A stretch of 64,000 bases of DNA from Haliotis rufescens (taxonomy: Eukaryota): the NCBI RefSeq assembly GCF_023055435.1, contig NW_025963791.1:32736001-32800000 (forward strand), read 5' to 3'. Position numbers and translations under genes: made by a program. How positions within the stretch are numbered: position 1 is the first letter of the stretch; the number at the start of each line of letters is the position of its first letter. The notes under the pieces are model-generated. The model was not told the origin of the DNA. It saw only the letters and a list, made by a program, of their open reading frames with translations, and searched no databases. Below, piece by piece: positions 28,201 through 39,300 of this stretch.

Positions 28201-31200
28201 CAAAATCACTTTACAAAATCGACATCCAGTTCGTCAACTGCCATGCAGATTTTAATCGACTGCTGGATTTGAAAAGCATGTGTACCGACGACTTAGTGTC
28301 AACAGATATTTTCAAATTCTTTTCATTTTTTTTATTCAAGGTGTGCACATTATTTGATGCACTTCACAAAGTAAGACCTGTTTATTACAATATACATCTT
28401 AATTATTGATCAGATTGTCTTCACTGGGCGACGCCATTTTATTTGAAGCAAATGTAAGTGATCTAAGAGGTGAAATCTGATAGGTCAATAGGAGGGGCAT
28501 AGAAGGGACATAACTCTCAATAGCCACTGGTGACGCTACCAACGAGCCCAGAAATTCCAGCCTAGTGCAGCAAGGGTGGAAACTGGACTTTTACAGTCAG
28601 TTAACTCCCTTGCCTCAGGAAGATGGTGAGGGAGAAATTCTGTTGGAAGTTACTGATAGGAGAGATGGAGAATGTGACTTCACATCCCAAACAAAGCTGT
28701 GGCAGGGAGTGGGTCCAGGGGGTTCATCACAATAGAATGGAGTATACCGTATTCGACGTAATAAGCATATATGCTAGTGAACAATCCCAATTAGCACCCC
28801 TTCCGATTGATCAATGTTTACAAGATTTATTTATTCGCGTACAATACGCACGCGTGTGTTATATGCACCCTTAATTATGGGCAATTAAATTCTAGAAAAA
28901 TATATCTGTCGTACATAAACATTTCAGGCAGTCAGCATAAACCACGAAATTTATCTTTCAACTCTGTTTTTTTTCACCAAAATAATATTCTAAAAAGAGC
29001 CCCCTATTTCTAATTTTGAGAGCGCCCTGGGCGCTTATTACGGGGAATACGGTAATATACTCGAAAATCAAGCAGGGGGTTATAGTTACATTTTCATAGT
29101 GTTTCAAGTTGAATCAGCTTTTACCATGTATGTAGGCTATCTCCTGCCTTGCACACATTTCATGCATACCTCTAATTTGCGTTACACATGTACACGATAC
29201 ATCGCACCTAGGAGTACACAGGAACATCATTACTTAGACAAGGTGTAACTATGTTCTACCACCAGGTGACATGCACACATTTGTCACACCAACAATACAC
29301 ATTCATCCTCAATTATCCAGTCTAGTATGTCTCCATTCTGGTACAGACTCATTTGCTACCATAGCTTTGTTTTGAACCGCATTCAAAACAAATAGCCCTC
29401 TAATCAGATTAACTTAAGCAAGAGAAATGTGCAAAGTTAATGATAAGAGAAATAGAGGATCTCACCTGAGTGTCTTTTGATATCAAAAATATCAACACGA
29501 GTTGATAAAAGTGGAAAAACTCCAAGGCTTGCCAAGGAGTTTTTCCACGTTTATCAACGAAAGTTGATATATTTGATATCAAAAGACACTCGTGTGAGAT
29601 TGTATTTATCATCCAACATCATTCTTCCAACTTTTTCAGTTTGTAGACAGTAATTAGCAGTGTCTTATGTGTAATAAGTACCGCTAACAGCTTCAGTAGC
29701 AGAGCCATTAGTGATCTCATTTGATTGTGACGTCATGACCAATGATGTCACAGTGGTCTGCAAAGCATTGTGATGCAATTTTATTGCAGCGATATCTACA
29801 AGGTAGATATCGCTCGATCTCACCCAAGTGATATCTCCTGTTTTGGATGATAAATGATGATGTCACTTCATAACTAAAGTTTTTGGCAGTTAATGGTTGC
29901 AGAGTATCATAATACAATGGAGACACGGGATAATCGAGGACGAAGCCCAGCATGCATAGTAACTCTCCTGATAAGGATATCTCATTCAGTTCTCATTCAA
30001 CAGGTGTACACCAACAGAAAGTTTATTGATAAGATAAGTACATCCCCATACAGTACAATTGTATAATTCAGATCCAATTTTCAAAAGAACTTTTTAGTTG
30101 CAGTTTTAGCAACTCCCTTCACTATTCCAGTCATAGTTCTTGACTTAACTGAAAATAGAAAGTTGCAAACATCATGCAACAGTAGACTGGGAATGCACAT
30201 TGCAGTCAGTCAACTTGCCCAAATTATGATTGTTTCTGTGTTATGACTGTAAAGGTTATTATTGAGGGGTTTTAGTATTCAACATGCTGGAGATACTAAC
30301 AAAATTCCTCAGACCAAAATATTGACTGGCTCCACGCTGAAACTCTCTCTTCAAATATTTTTCAATAAAGCATTCAAGTAAAACACTATTTAAAAATTAT
30401 CATTAAGAAAATAGGCAAGGAAATCATAACCCATGCCTGAGGGAGCAGCACAAGCAGAGAATACACTACATACTGCAGAACATGTTGAAGCAGTGCTGGG
30501 TAATAAAGCTTCAGGTTTTACCAAGGCAACAACACACTAGCACACCTTGCTATTTACATTTGGTCAAGTAAGGGTATCACGTGAGACCAGACAATCTGGA
30601 CAAAAGTTCTATTAGCCTGCAAAGCAGCACAAGTTAAAATACCAGTAAAATGTAAAAGGTATCCTGAGAGCTGGTATAATTTAAATCATCTTCTCAATTG
30701 AACACTTAGAAAGTGGTCAAATGTACCAATTGTTATATTTGGGACAACACTTTCTTAGTAAAGTACAGATTCTCATACTTTTTGGGGTTGAATCCCGTCT
30801 GGGATTCGAACCCACACTGCCAGAGTGAGGCACCTATTTGGTGGCTGAGTGGGTTAGACCACTGACTTTGTGTGCTGGCGAATAGGTGCCTCACTCTGGC
30901 AGTGTGGGTTTGAATCCCAGTCGGGATTCAACCCAAAAAAGTACGAGAATCTGTACTTTACTAAGAAAGTGTTATCCCAAATATAACATTTGTTACATCT
31001 TCTCAAGTGTTTTTAAAAGTTTGAAACAGAGTGCAAGAGTGATCCCTAGCCAAACTTCCCACACCAAAACATGTGTTGATGCAAGGGAGGCTCTGATTCT
31101 GAACTAATTTGTTGTGTCCGACTTAGCGAGGTCTTACCAATTCCCTTCATAGCCTTCCTCAGTTTCTGGCAATCTGTCTCAGCATTGAAGTTACTGGCTG

Positions 31201-34200
31201 GCCTCAGTGTCCCGCTTTCCTGGTAATGAAAATATGAAATATTTTGTGTTTCTAAATTAATCCCTGTTTGATCAATATCATTTTAAGTGCGCTGAATAAC
31301 ACAGGCATTTTTTTCCATGGAATTCATGCACTTTACTTGTAATAATGATAAAGTAGGAGCTGTCAGGTACCGGGGCAGGGATTTACTGTGTGTAAGTCCC
31401 GAGTACTATACCATTGTGCATCCACTGGGACACAGAAGATTTGTATACATGTTTAGGAATGAACTATTTCATCATTTGGCACCCCATAAAATTTATTTAG
31501 GTATGCAATCTCTTAAAATTGCAATGGGGTGGTTGTTATGTTTCAAAACAAGAAGATTTGCAAAAAGATTTTTGTGGGGCAAGTGAATGTGTTTTCGAAG
31601 CTTCAGTAAACACACATTAAGTAGAGTTTTATATGAATCGTGATTAATCATTATGATTACAAATTAGGTAAATATAAACAAGCAAGGAATAAAGCTGTCT
31701 TATTTGAATAACACAATAACATCATATATTTTATTCAGTTCTTGTCATTTCTCTGTGACATCCATGTTGTCAGTTGGGACCAGTGTATGAAAAAAAAAAA
31801 TTTGCCAGACTGCCATCAGGACCCACAGACTTTAGACGCTGTATATGTCCTGACTAAACTCTTCAGGCCCTTATGTAAAAAAAAATGCAGCTTATTGTGA
31901 CAAATAAATCAACACGTAAATTTGATGCAAGCACTAAGGACCAATACAAATTTGAAACTATGGGCCTGGCACGAGATCTACCTGCCACAAGCAGGCGCTT
32001 ATTTCGAACACTGCCTGGGACCCCTACAATTATATAAACAACCCATGTATATCCCTGCCCTGGTACAGGTTAATGAGTTCACAGGTACATCAGGCAGGTC
32101 ACACATTGCAACCACCAGCTCTCTATTAGCCATCTCTAATAGTAAAGCATTCAGTATTTTCCTTTGTAAAAGTACTTGGACTCAATGAAGTAGAAAGCCA
32201 GGAGCCCATGTTAGGTGCCCAATAAATGCAACAAATCGTGTGTATCAATCTAATAAGATGTCAGTCGGTTTGCAACCCTTATTTCGATCTTGGTGAGAGT
32301 TTTAAAACCTCTAGCTTATTGTCCCTCAAATTTTGTTTTTTTAAAATCCCACCCCTCCCCGACCACGACATCTTCCCGAGGCAAGCGTGTTAACTGACTA
32401 TAAAAGTCAAGTTTCCACCCTTGCCGAATAAGGCTGGTATTATGGAGTTTGAAATCGAAATCTGGTTCGTAAACTGTCGGGCAGATTTTGGTCGATTGCA
32501 GAATTTGCAAAGCATGTGCACCGCTAACTCGTTGTAAACAGATATTTTCTAAATCTTTTCATGTTATTAATCAAGGTGCTCACGTGAATTGATGCACTTC
32601 GCGATGTAAGACTCGTTTTATCACAATATATAGATCTTGATTATCGATCAGTTCATGTTGACTGGGCGCCGCAGTTTTGTTTGAAGCGAAGTGATACGAA
32701 AGGTGGAATCTGATTGGTCCATAGGAGAGGCATAGAGGGGACATAACTCGTAATAGCCAATGGTGGCGCTACGATCGAGCCCAGGAATTCCATCATAGTT
32801 CGACAAGGGTGGAAACTGAACTTTTAAAGTCAGTTAACTCTCTTGCCTCAGGAAGATGCCACCACGAAAACATCAATTGAAAACTTGGTCATGAACCACT
32901 GCTTCAAGTCTGGGGCAATGAATGATTGTCTGTGCTAAAAATGTCACAGTTACAGTCTCATATCACAATCTGCAGTGCATGCAAAGAGTCCTACCACTGG
33001 TTTATAAGCTGAATGTGAAGCTCCCGGATTTCCATATCCACCATAGGCTGCTGAGGGTGGCTGGTGGCCTCCTTGCTGTGGGGGAGCTGAGCCCTGGGGC
33101 TGATATCCCCCTGGTGCTGGTGCTGGTGCTGACCCGTACCCTGCAGGCTGACCATACCCTGCCTGAGGAGGCTGACCGTAACCTGCCTGGGGAGGTTGAC
33201 CATACCCTGCCTGGGGGGCTTGACCAGGGAAACCACCCACCTGAGGAGGCTGACCATACCCAGGTTGTGGGGCCTGACCTGCAAAACAAATATCAGTTTA
33301 ATCATCACAAACAAATCATTATGAGCATCTGCATGATGAGCCAATTCTTCAAGCACCAGACTCCTTTATTCCTGGGATTGCTAGAAACATACACAAAGAG
33401 ACAGTATTAAGAACAGCACTGTTCCAATACACCTTCACTGGACCTCTGTGTTATAGTATACTCACCATTTCGTAGGGATACTCTGAGTGTCCAGGTGGGG
33501 GATAAATCTGACTGGTTGTTCATAAACATTGTCGTACAACTAGGATGCAATCTGAGCTGGACCAGACACAACTTAAGCCTAATTTTATAATGAACAAAAG
33601 TTTGTTTGTTTGTTCTTTAACGTCATACTCAGCAATATTCAAGCTAGATGATGGTGTCTGTAAATAATCGAGTCTTGACCAGACAATCCAGTGATTGCCA
33701 TCATCAGCATTGATCTACGCAATTGGGATACGAGACATGCATCGAACAAGTTAGCGAGCCCGACCAACGAAGAATACTGTATCACAACAAAGTATATCAA
33801 TACAGCACTACTGAAGGCACTGAAGGCACTGAAGCTAAATGCACCACCCACCTGGATATCCTCCAGCCTGAGGCGCCTGGCCTGGGAAGCCACCCCCAGG
33901 GGGCTGTCCATAGCCTGGTTGTGGGGGGGCGTTGTAGGCCTGGGGTGGGTATCCTCCCTGAAACCATGAAAACTTGAAACTCATCTAATAATCATAATTG
34001 TGTCTATGAATCAGCGAATGTTTCCACACAGGGACAATGGTTCAACTACTAAATGAGCACTAACATGACTACAATGCTTTTGAAATTAAAATACCTTAAC
34101 GCTATAAAAAATCTTCAAGGTTCTGATTCTACATAACGTACATGGAAATGGCTGAAGCAGACATTTGATATGAGAGTGTTATCATTGAGTATGAACAAAG

Positions 34201-36743
34201 ATGTATTGTACATGTTGAAAAGTGTCCATGGCAGTTGCAATACATCACTGACAAATACTAACATCATTATCACACTACATATTGCACATGTTCAATAGGT
34301 TGGAAAATTCTGATAATCATTTTATTACCCTTCTTTATATTTTCAAAATACATCTAGCATAAAGACACATGGTGGTATCCATTCAGAACATCAGAGTTAC
34401 CTCCCTTAACTCCCTAGCAATCTGATATGAACCTTGCAAATGGCAGACACAAGAGGCACATAATGCCAGGAAAGGTTACCCATCACACTATAATAATACT
34501 GCTCCAATACTAGAACAGTAATTGTGTTTCATCACATAAACGATAAACTTATTATAATGATCTGATAAATATGCAAATGAGTTCACCAAGCAGGAACTAC
34601 TTGTCATCTTCATCCATCAAATCAATGTATGCTTGCTCAATAAACTATTGATTAAAGTTACCAATAAGTTTAGACAGAGTTTTTCCAAGGTGTGGGTCAT
34701 CATGGAAACAAACATGGCTGCAAATTATTTTGGCACTATATGATAAATTGGTGGATCACTTCAACACTGAATTTAAAGTTTTCTGAAGATACTTTATTAA
34801 GAGACTTTATGACTAAAACGTCAATTACGGTAATTTTGATTAACCTCTTCATACAGTTTGAATTCCCAATATATGATGTTTACTATGCAGAAACACGTGA
34901 ATCAAATAATCACTATTTAACCTACAGTCACAGCTACACAAATGGTCTCACCTGTCCTGGCATCTGGTATGTTGGCTGACTGGCACTGGGCCCTGATGGC
35001 ATCGCTACCTGGGGTTGGCCGCCTGGCATCGGGCCCTGGAGAGAGAAAGTCAGGGCCGTGGGTGATACATGACCTGATTCAGTGTACTTGTCACAAGGGC
35101 AGGTTGTTTTCACATTGCTAGGATAGGGATAATGTTATGACAACAGGACATGATAACACCAGGAAGAAATAAATGAGAGATGAATAGAAGTATGTGAACA
35201 GATGACTACACGGATTGTGAAGGTATAAACTTCGATGAGCAATGAGTGAACAAGTGAGTGAGTTGGGTTTTAACGCCGCTTTTAACATTATTCCAGTTAT
35301 ATCACGGCGTGTCAGCTTAATAACGATCTTATTATGATTGTCATAGATAAAAATATTTTAATGAGGCATGTGCTCAAAATACAGTGCTGGCAGCATGCAC
35401 TCTGCTACTATGCACATTGTCTCAGGCTGTCGTCACTGCTTAAATATTCAGACAGGATTCCAAACAAAGTGCCCTTGGCAGGCAAATTGGAAACTGTTTT
35501 TATAAAATGGTCATTTTTAAGAATTCAAATGTATTTTAACACTATGCGCCTCTGAACAGGTCTAGATAATTCCCTGTCAGATTAGGCCATATGAACCATT
35601 CCCAGTGTTTCTGTTTTGTTTTGGAATATACCAGACATTACCAAATTTTTCATTCAGTTTCGTTGGTTGATGCATGTCATTGTATCCCAATTGCATGGAT
35701 CGATGCTCATGACATCAATGGATTGTCTGGTCCAGACTTGATTCTTTAGAGACCACATCATACAGCTAGAATATTGCTGAGTGCAGTTTTAACAACAAAC
35801 AAACAAACAACAAACATAGGTTGCTGAAGACCAATTTTAACCCAGGTCTTCAGGGGGTATGTACAAGTTGTACCAGTACTTACACCAAATCCCAGCCCAC
35901 CTGGGGCGCCTGGCTGTGGGGCATAGGGGAGTCCTCCTGGGGCGGAACCATATGCTGCTGCTGAAGCTGACTCAGGTGTGGGCATTCCCACCTGGCACAA
36001 CACATCAGTAAGTAACAGTGAAAATACATACATGTTTATATACATACAGTTCTCAAATCTGAAACAAAATTACAAACTTTCAGCTGAATGGGCATACAGA
36101 AATTTCACTCAATAGATATTCTTGTTATGATAGGGAATATTGGTGTTGCCTTTTAGCTCATATCCATATCATAAACATTTCATGCTTCAGATAATGAAAT
36201 TAAATTATTTCAGGCCATAACAACTTTTCTTTCGTGTACATGTTGTATGGTCAATAGTGCATGCATGTAATTTCAAACAAGCTTGATGTGGTCGCTAAAT
36301 TTTGGCCATGAGAACGAAGAAAAGACTTTGTGAGAAGTTATCTCTTTAAAAAAAAAAGAGCTCAGGGACACAGGGGCTCTAGTTGAGTATAAACATGACT
36401 TGCCCTCTAACCCTGCAGAAGTTTTTGATGTTTTTGTCACATGTATTTCATACAAATTATAATGTATTTTATCTGAAAAGGAAGTTTATCATGCCAATAT
36501 CAAGGTTCGGTTCCCCCCTCCCCCACACACACACCCACACCCACACCCACACCCACACCCAAAATGACCTGATGCTCTAGCACCAGCAAGTGTGACAATG
36601 CTCACCGGTGCCCCTGGGTAGCCACCTGGGGCTGCGGGGTAGGAAGGGGCACCTCCTGCAGGAGGGTAACCACCTTGACCTGGGGGGTAGGCTCCACCTG
36701 CTGGGGGGTAGCCACCGGGTGGTCCATAGGGGGGATAACTCAT
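16245..36743 (-). CDS. ANXA7: Annexin A7/A11-like protein, 15 coding exons, 556 aa, long G/P/Y/Q-rich N-terminus plus four annexin repeats
   Basis: Exons in transcript order: 36743-36606 ([14 protein letters not shown]...), 35991-35884, 35035-34952, 33957-33852, 33278-32995, 31219-31138 (...LRKAMKGI), 27067-26973 (GTDEKAII...), 26734-26621 ([11 protein letters not shown]), 26374-26284 ([13 protein letters not shown]), 25733-25654 ([12 protein letters not shown]), 25484-25428, 24536-24347 ([12 protein letters not shown]...EMSGDLE), 23516-23458 ([11 protein letters not shown]), 21386-21264 ([21 protein letters not shown]...), 16304-16245 ([19 protein letters not shown]). All introns are GT-AG, phases are consistent, total 1671 nt. 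Confidence 0.95.
17395..17709. mobile_element. Tc1/mariner-type MITE (CCGTATT termini, TA TSD)
   Basis: ta-ccgtattcgacgtaataagcg...cgcttattacatcaaatacgg-ta; second copy at 28747-29052. Confidence 0.85.
19167..19659. mobile_element. Non-autonomous DNA transposon with about 70-bp TIRs (CATCTTCCCGAGGCAAG) and 9-bp TSD
   Basis: Perfect TSD ggtaataca (19158-19166/19660-19668). Confidence 0.9.
20085..20366 (-). mobile_element. SINE family B copy
   Basis: TSD tgtatgtgttga (20073-20084/20367-20378). Confidence 0.9.
20700..20861 (+). mobile_element. SINE family A copy in the last annexin intron
   Basis: Same head and tail as 583-747. Confidence 0.85.
21330..23326. repeat. 105-bp tandem array, 19 units, made of the annexin intron 3' end, splice acceptor and first 57 nt of exon 14
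   Basis: Units start at 21330, 21435 ... 23010, 23116, 23222. The minus strand reads ttgttccag|GGT GCA GGA ACT GAT GAT CGT ACG CTG GTC AGG GTT GTT GTT ACG AGA GCT GAA/GCA GTG ATC TAG. Confidence 0.97.
23557..23724 (-). mobile_element. SINE family A copy
   Basis: Reverse complement of 583-747; TSD gtgatgtcatga/gtgatgacatga. Confidence 0.9.
24956..25229 (-). mobile_element. SINE family B copy
   Basis: TSD tcatattgcctga (24943-24955/25230-25242). Confidence 0.9.
28084..28625. mobile_element. CATCTTCC-terminal MITE copy
   Basis: TIRs as above; TSD gtgagagag/gtgagggag. Confidence 0.9.
28747..29052. mobile_element. Second copy of the CCGTATT-terminal MITE
   Basis: Same termini and body as 17395-17709, with TA flanks. 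Confidence 0.85.
29443..29855. mobile_element. Crypton-like non-autonomous element (long 5' hairpin plus short internal inverted repeat)
   Basis: Hairpin atctcac...gagtgtcttttgatatcaaa...ggaaaaactcc [aaggcttgccaa] ggagtttttcc...tttgatatcaaaagacactc...gtgagat; atttatcatccaa/ttggatgataaat pair. Similar layout at about 4730-5240. The superfamily call is by resemblance only. Confidence 0.55.
30731..30988. repeat. Fold-back element: 108-bp inverted arms around a 42-bp spacer, containing tRNA-like A/B boxes
   Basis: Arms 30731-30838 and 30881-30988 are near-perfect reverse complements. Confidence 0.85.
32369..32858. mobile_element. CATCTTCC-terminal MITE copy
   Basis: TIRs as above; TSD cgaccacga/ccaccacga. 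A partial fourth copy lies at about 15400-15745. Confidence 0.9.
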
Positions 36744-37822
36744 GTCTGTTTTTCCTAAAAAACAAACACAAAGAAAACAGTAATTCATGACACACCATCT
36801 TTCAATTGTATTCAAAATTATTTTCTCAAATGTCTTCAATGGGCCATCATTCCACTCTGACTATTTCTTCTACACTAAACAATATAGTAATATTTTATCC
36901 CATCATCCTTGTGGCTTTGAAGATTGATGAACTACTGACATTGTTTATCTCAATCTATATACATGTATTCACTGGAAATCAGAAAACAACACTCACTCGT
37001 CACTTATTCATATTTATGTCTAATCTTTGTTTAAGTCATGAAAACAAAAGTAGAATTGTAACCATTTTAAAATTGGACAGCTACCCGGTACATATAAATC
37101 TGATTGTTTCCAGCCATCATGCATGCTGCCAATACACTTGGCTCCAATTGATGATGAAACTGAGAACATATTGGCTTTGTCAATTGCGAGTGACTTAGTT
37201 GTGTTTAATGCCGTTTTAACAGTATTCCAGTTATTTCACGGTGTGTCAGCTTAATGTGGGAGGAAAGCCCAAATGATGCAGGTCTCAAACGTTTACCACT
37301 TCGGTGAAACCAACTAGCATGGGAATGGTGCTGACAAACCTAGAAACATAATCGGGGCGACCCTGGATTCGAAACCTACAATCATAGGTTTCTGCTGTGC
37401 CCAAGGGACGCAACTCTGCACAGCGAATCGCGACGCCTTAGACGACTGGGCCACCCGTGCCCCCGGCTTTATCAATAGGCGAGGTGATCAGTTTTGCTGG
37501 TATATTGGTTTACTGATGTACAACATCAAGGGTTTATCTGGACCTGCTCAGAGTCAGAGGTGGATATTTAGCCCCGAAGTCTGTAACAAATATCAGTCAA
37601 AATTTCCCTACTCTTAATATTCAACTAATGTTATCGCTTTGTTGAGGTGATTTGTATTTCCCTGGCTACAAAATCATCCTTTTGTTACTGTCACTAAGGA
37701 ATTAATATACATTTTAAATTAACATCGTTTATAGTGCATGTGTTAAGTTACAGAGTAGTTTTTTTCTGTGTCAGATAGTGGCAACATAATGTGGTACTAG
37801 CTGTGAAGTCGTAGATATGTAA

Positions 37823-38183
37823 GGTGAGGTGAGGTGAAATTGGGTTTAACGTTGCGTCCAAGATTATTGCACTTATATAGCGACGTGCATGCAAGTGTGT
37901 GTGTTTGTGGCTGCTTGTACTAGTCCGGACTGATGCTGATTTATAGTGCTAGCCCACTGGGATACCATGCCGCAGTTTAACAGTTTAATACCCCACTCAG
38001 ACGCAGTATACTGACTCCAAGCCAACCAGTCCTTGTTTTAGCCCCTTAATGCTGAGTGCCAGATAGGGTAACAACAAGTACCATCTTTTACTTTTAGCGT
38101 CTTTTGGTATGACGCGGCTGGGGATCGAACCCCAGACCTTCCGCTCTCCGGGTGGACGCTCTACCACTAGACCATGGAGGCAG
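37823..38183 (-). mobile_element. tRNA-derived SINE family D with MESC/Meta-like core
   Basis: tRNA head (TGGTCTAGTGGTAGAGCG...GGTTCGATCCCC), core CAGCATTAAGGGGCTAAAACAAGGACTGGTTGGCT...GCTAGCACTATAAA, CACCT-repeat tail. Copies at 1-171(+), 25812-26148(-), 42467-42705(-). The core assignment is from recall. Confidence 0.8.
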
Positions 38184-38554
38184 TCTCGGAGATATGTTCT
38201 GCGCTGCTTTCAACATCTACTGAACTTTTGGCTACAAAGCCTTCTTACAGTAACTTTCTTGCTTTCGAGGGCAGATTTTCCAATTGATATATTTGGTCAT
38301 CAGCTGATCATAGCCTTGCTGTCATGAAGGTTGAAACATTGTCCCGCACCTTTTTTTTTCTCCAAGAGAAGTTTTTAATTTCATAGTTGCTTTTTGTAGT
38401 TTTTGACCAAAATAGGAAATAATGACTTCCGAATACATTTATAAATGAAGCGACTTCCGAATACATTTATAAATGAAGCACAAAAAAATCAATAAATTGT
38501 AAATAATTCAGAACAAGTACAATGACACGCCATGGTGAGAGTTGGATTCCCCAG

Positions 38555-38661
38555 GGCCCCGTTCGACAAAGCGATCTTAGCGCTACGACTATCGTAAGCC
38601 AGTGTTAAAGTATGGGAGTTACGATCACCTTAGCACTAAGATGGCTTTGTGGAACGGGGCC
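38555..38661. mobile_element. Small PIF/Harbinger-like MITE
   Basis: GGCCCCGTT...AACGGGGCC termini with CAG/CTG flanks; related copies at about 48501-48582 and 5889-5945. Confidence 0.65.
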
Positions 38662-39196
38662 CTGGAGAAAATGACCCCCTATTTTTTAAAATGACCACTC
38701 TTTTGTCTCTAGTGTCTCTAAGCCCCTCTATTAGTGTTCACTTGAATGAACACGGAGAGCAGCTAGCAGACAGAACATCACAATAAATATGTGGTACCTA
38801 TTTCAAAACTGGCTTACTCTGTATTGCAATTACGCAACACCACAACATTGCGAGTCTATGTGTAGTAATGAGACTGGCACCATGTTGTATCACGGTTTCG
38901 TCGTCATGTATATATTCCTTGATCATTATTCCAGTCGTTTTATAATCCATGACAGCTGTAATGCCACCGACAAATACATGATACATTCTACCTAAGATGA
39001 ATGTAGTAGCAAGTTAATATTTTTATTCTGTAGACATTGCTATATAAGTAGACTGCTAGTCTCGACGAGGCTTATTTCCTAATCCGGTGTCCATGGCCTA
39101 CATACTGTCGAGAGGCCGATTTGATTCACCGCCATATCATCAAATAAATGAGCAAAACAAGCCGAATTATTAACAACTATATAATACAGAACATAC

Positions 39197-39300
39197 CTTC
39201 GGTGTCTATTCAGTCCAACTAGCACAACCTGTCTTCAACTAGCCTGTTTAATATGTGAAATTGAAGCGAAAACACACTCCAGGCGTTTCTTCTTCCGTGA
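39197..39300 (-). other. Probable non-coding first exon of the annexin gene (upstream boundary approximate)
   Basis: AAG|GTATGT donor at 39196-39191. The ATG exon starts with an acceptor at 36754, so an upstream UTR exon is required. Confidence 0.4.

Noticed and set aside
33466-33555. Extra annexin exon ([14 protein letters not shown] before a GTGAGT donor)
   Set aside because: That frame ends in phase 0 inside a phase-1 intron, and I found no compatible acceptor.
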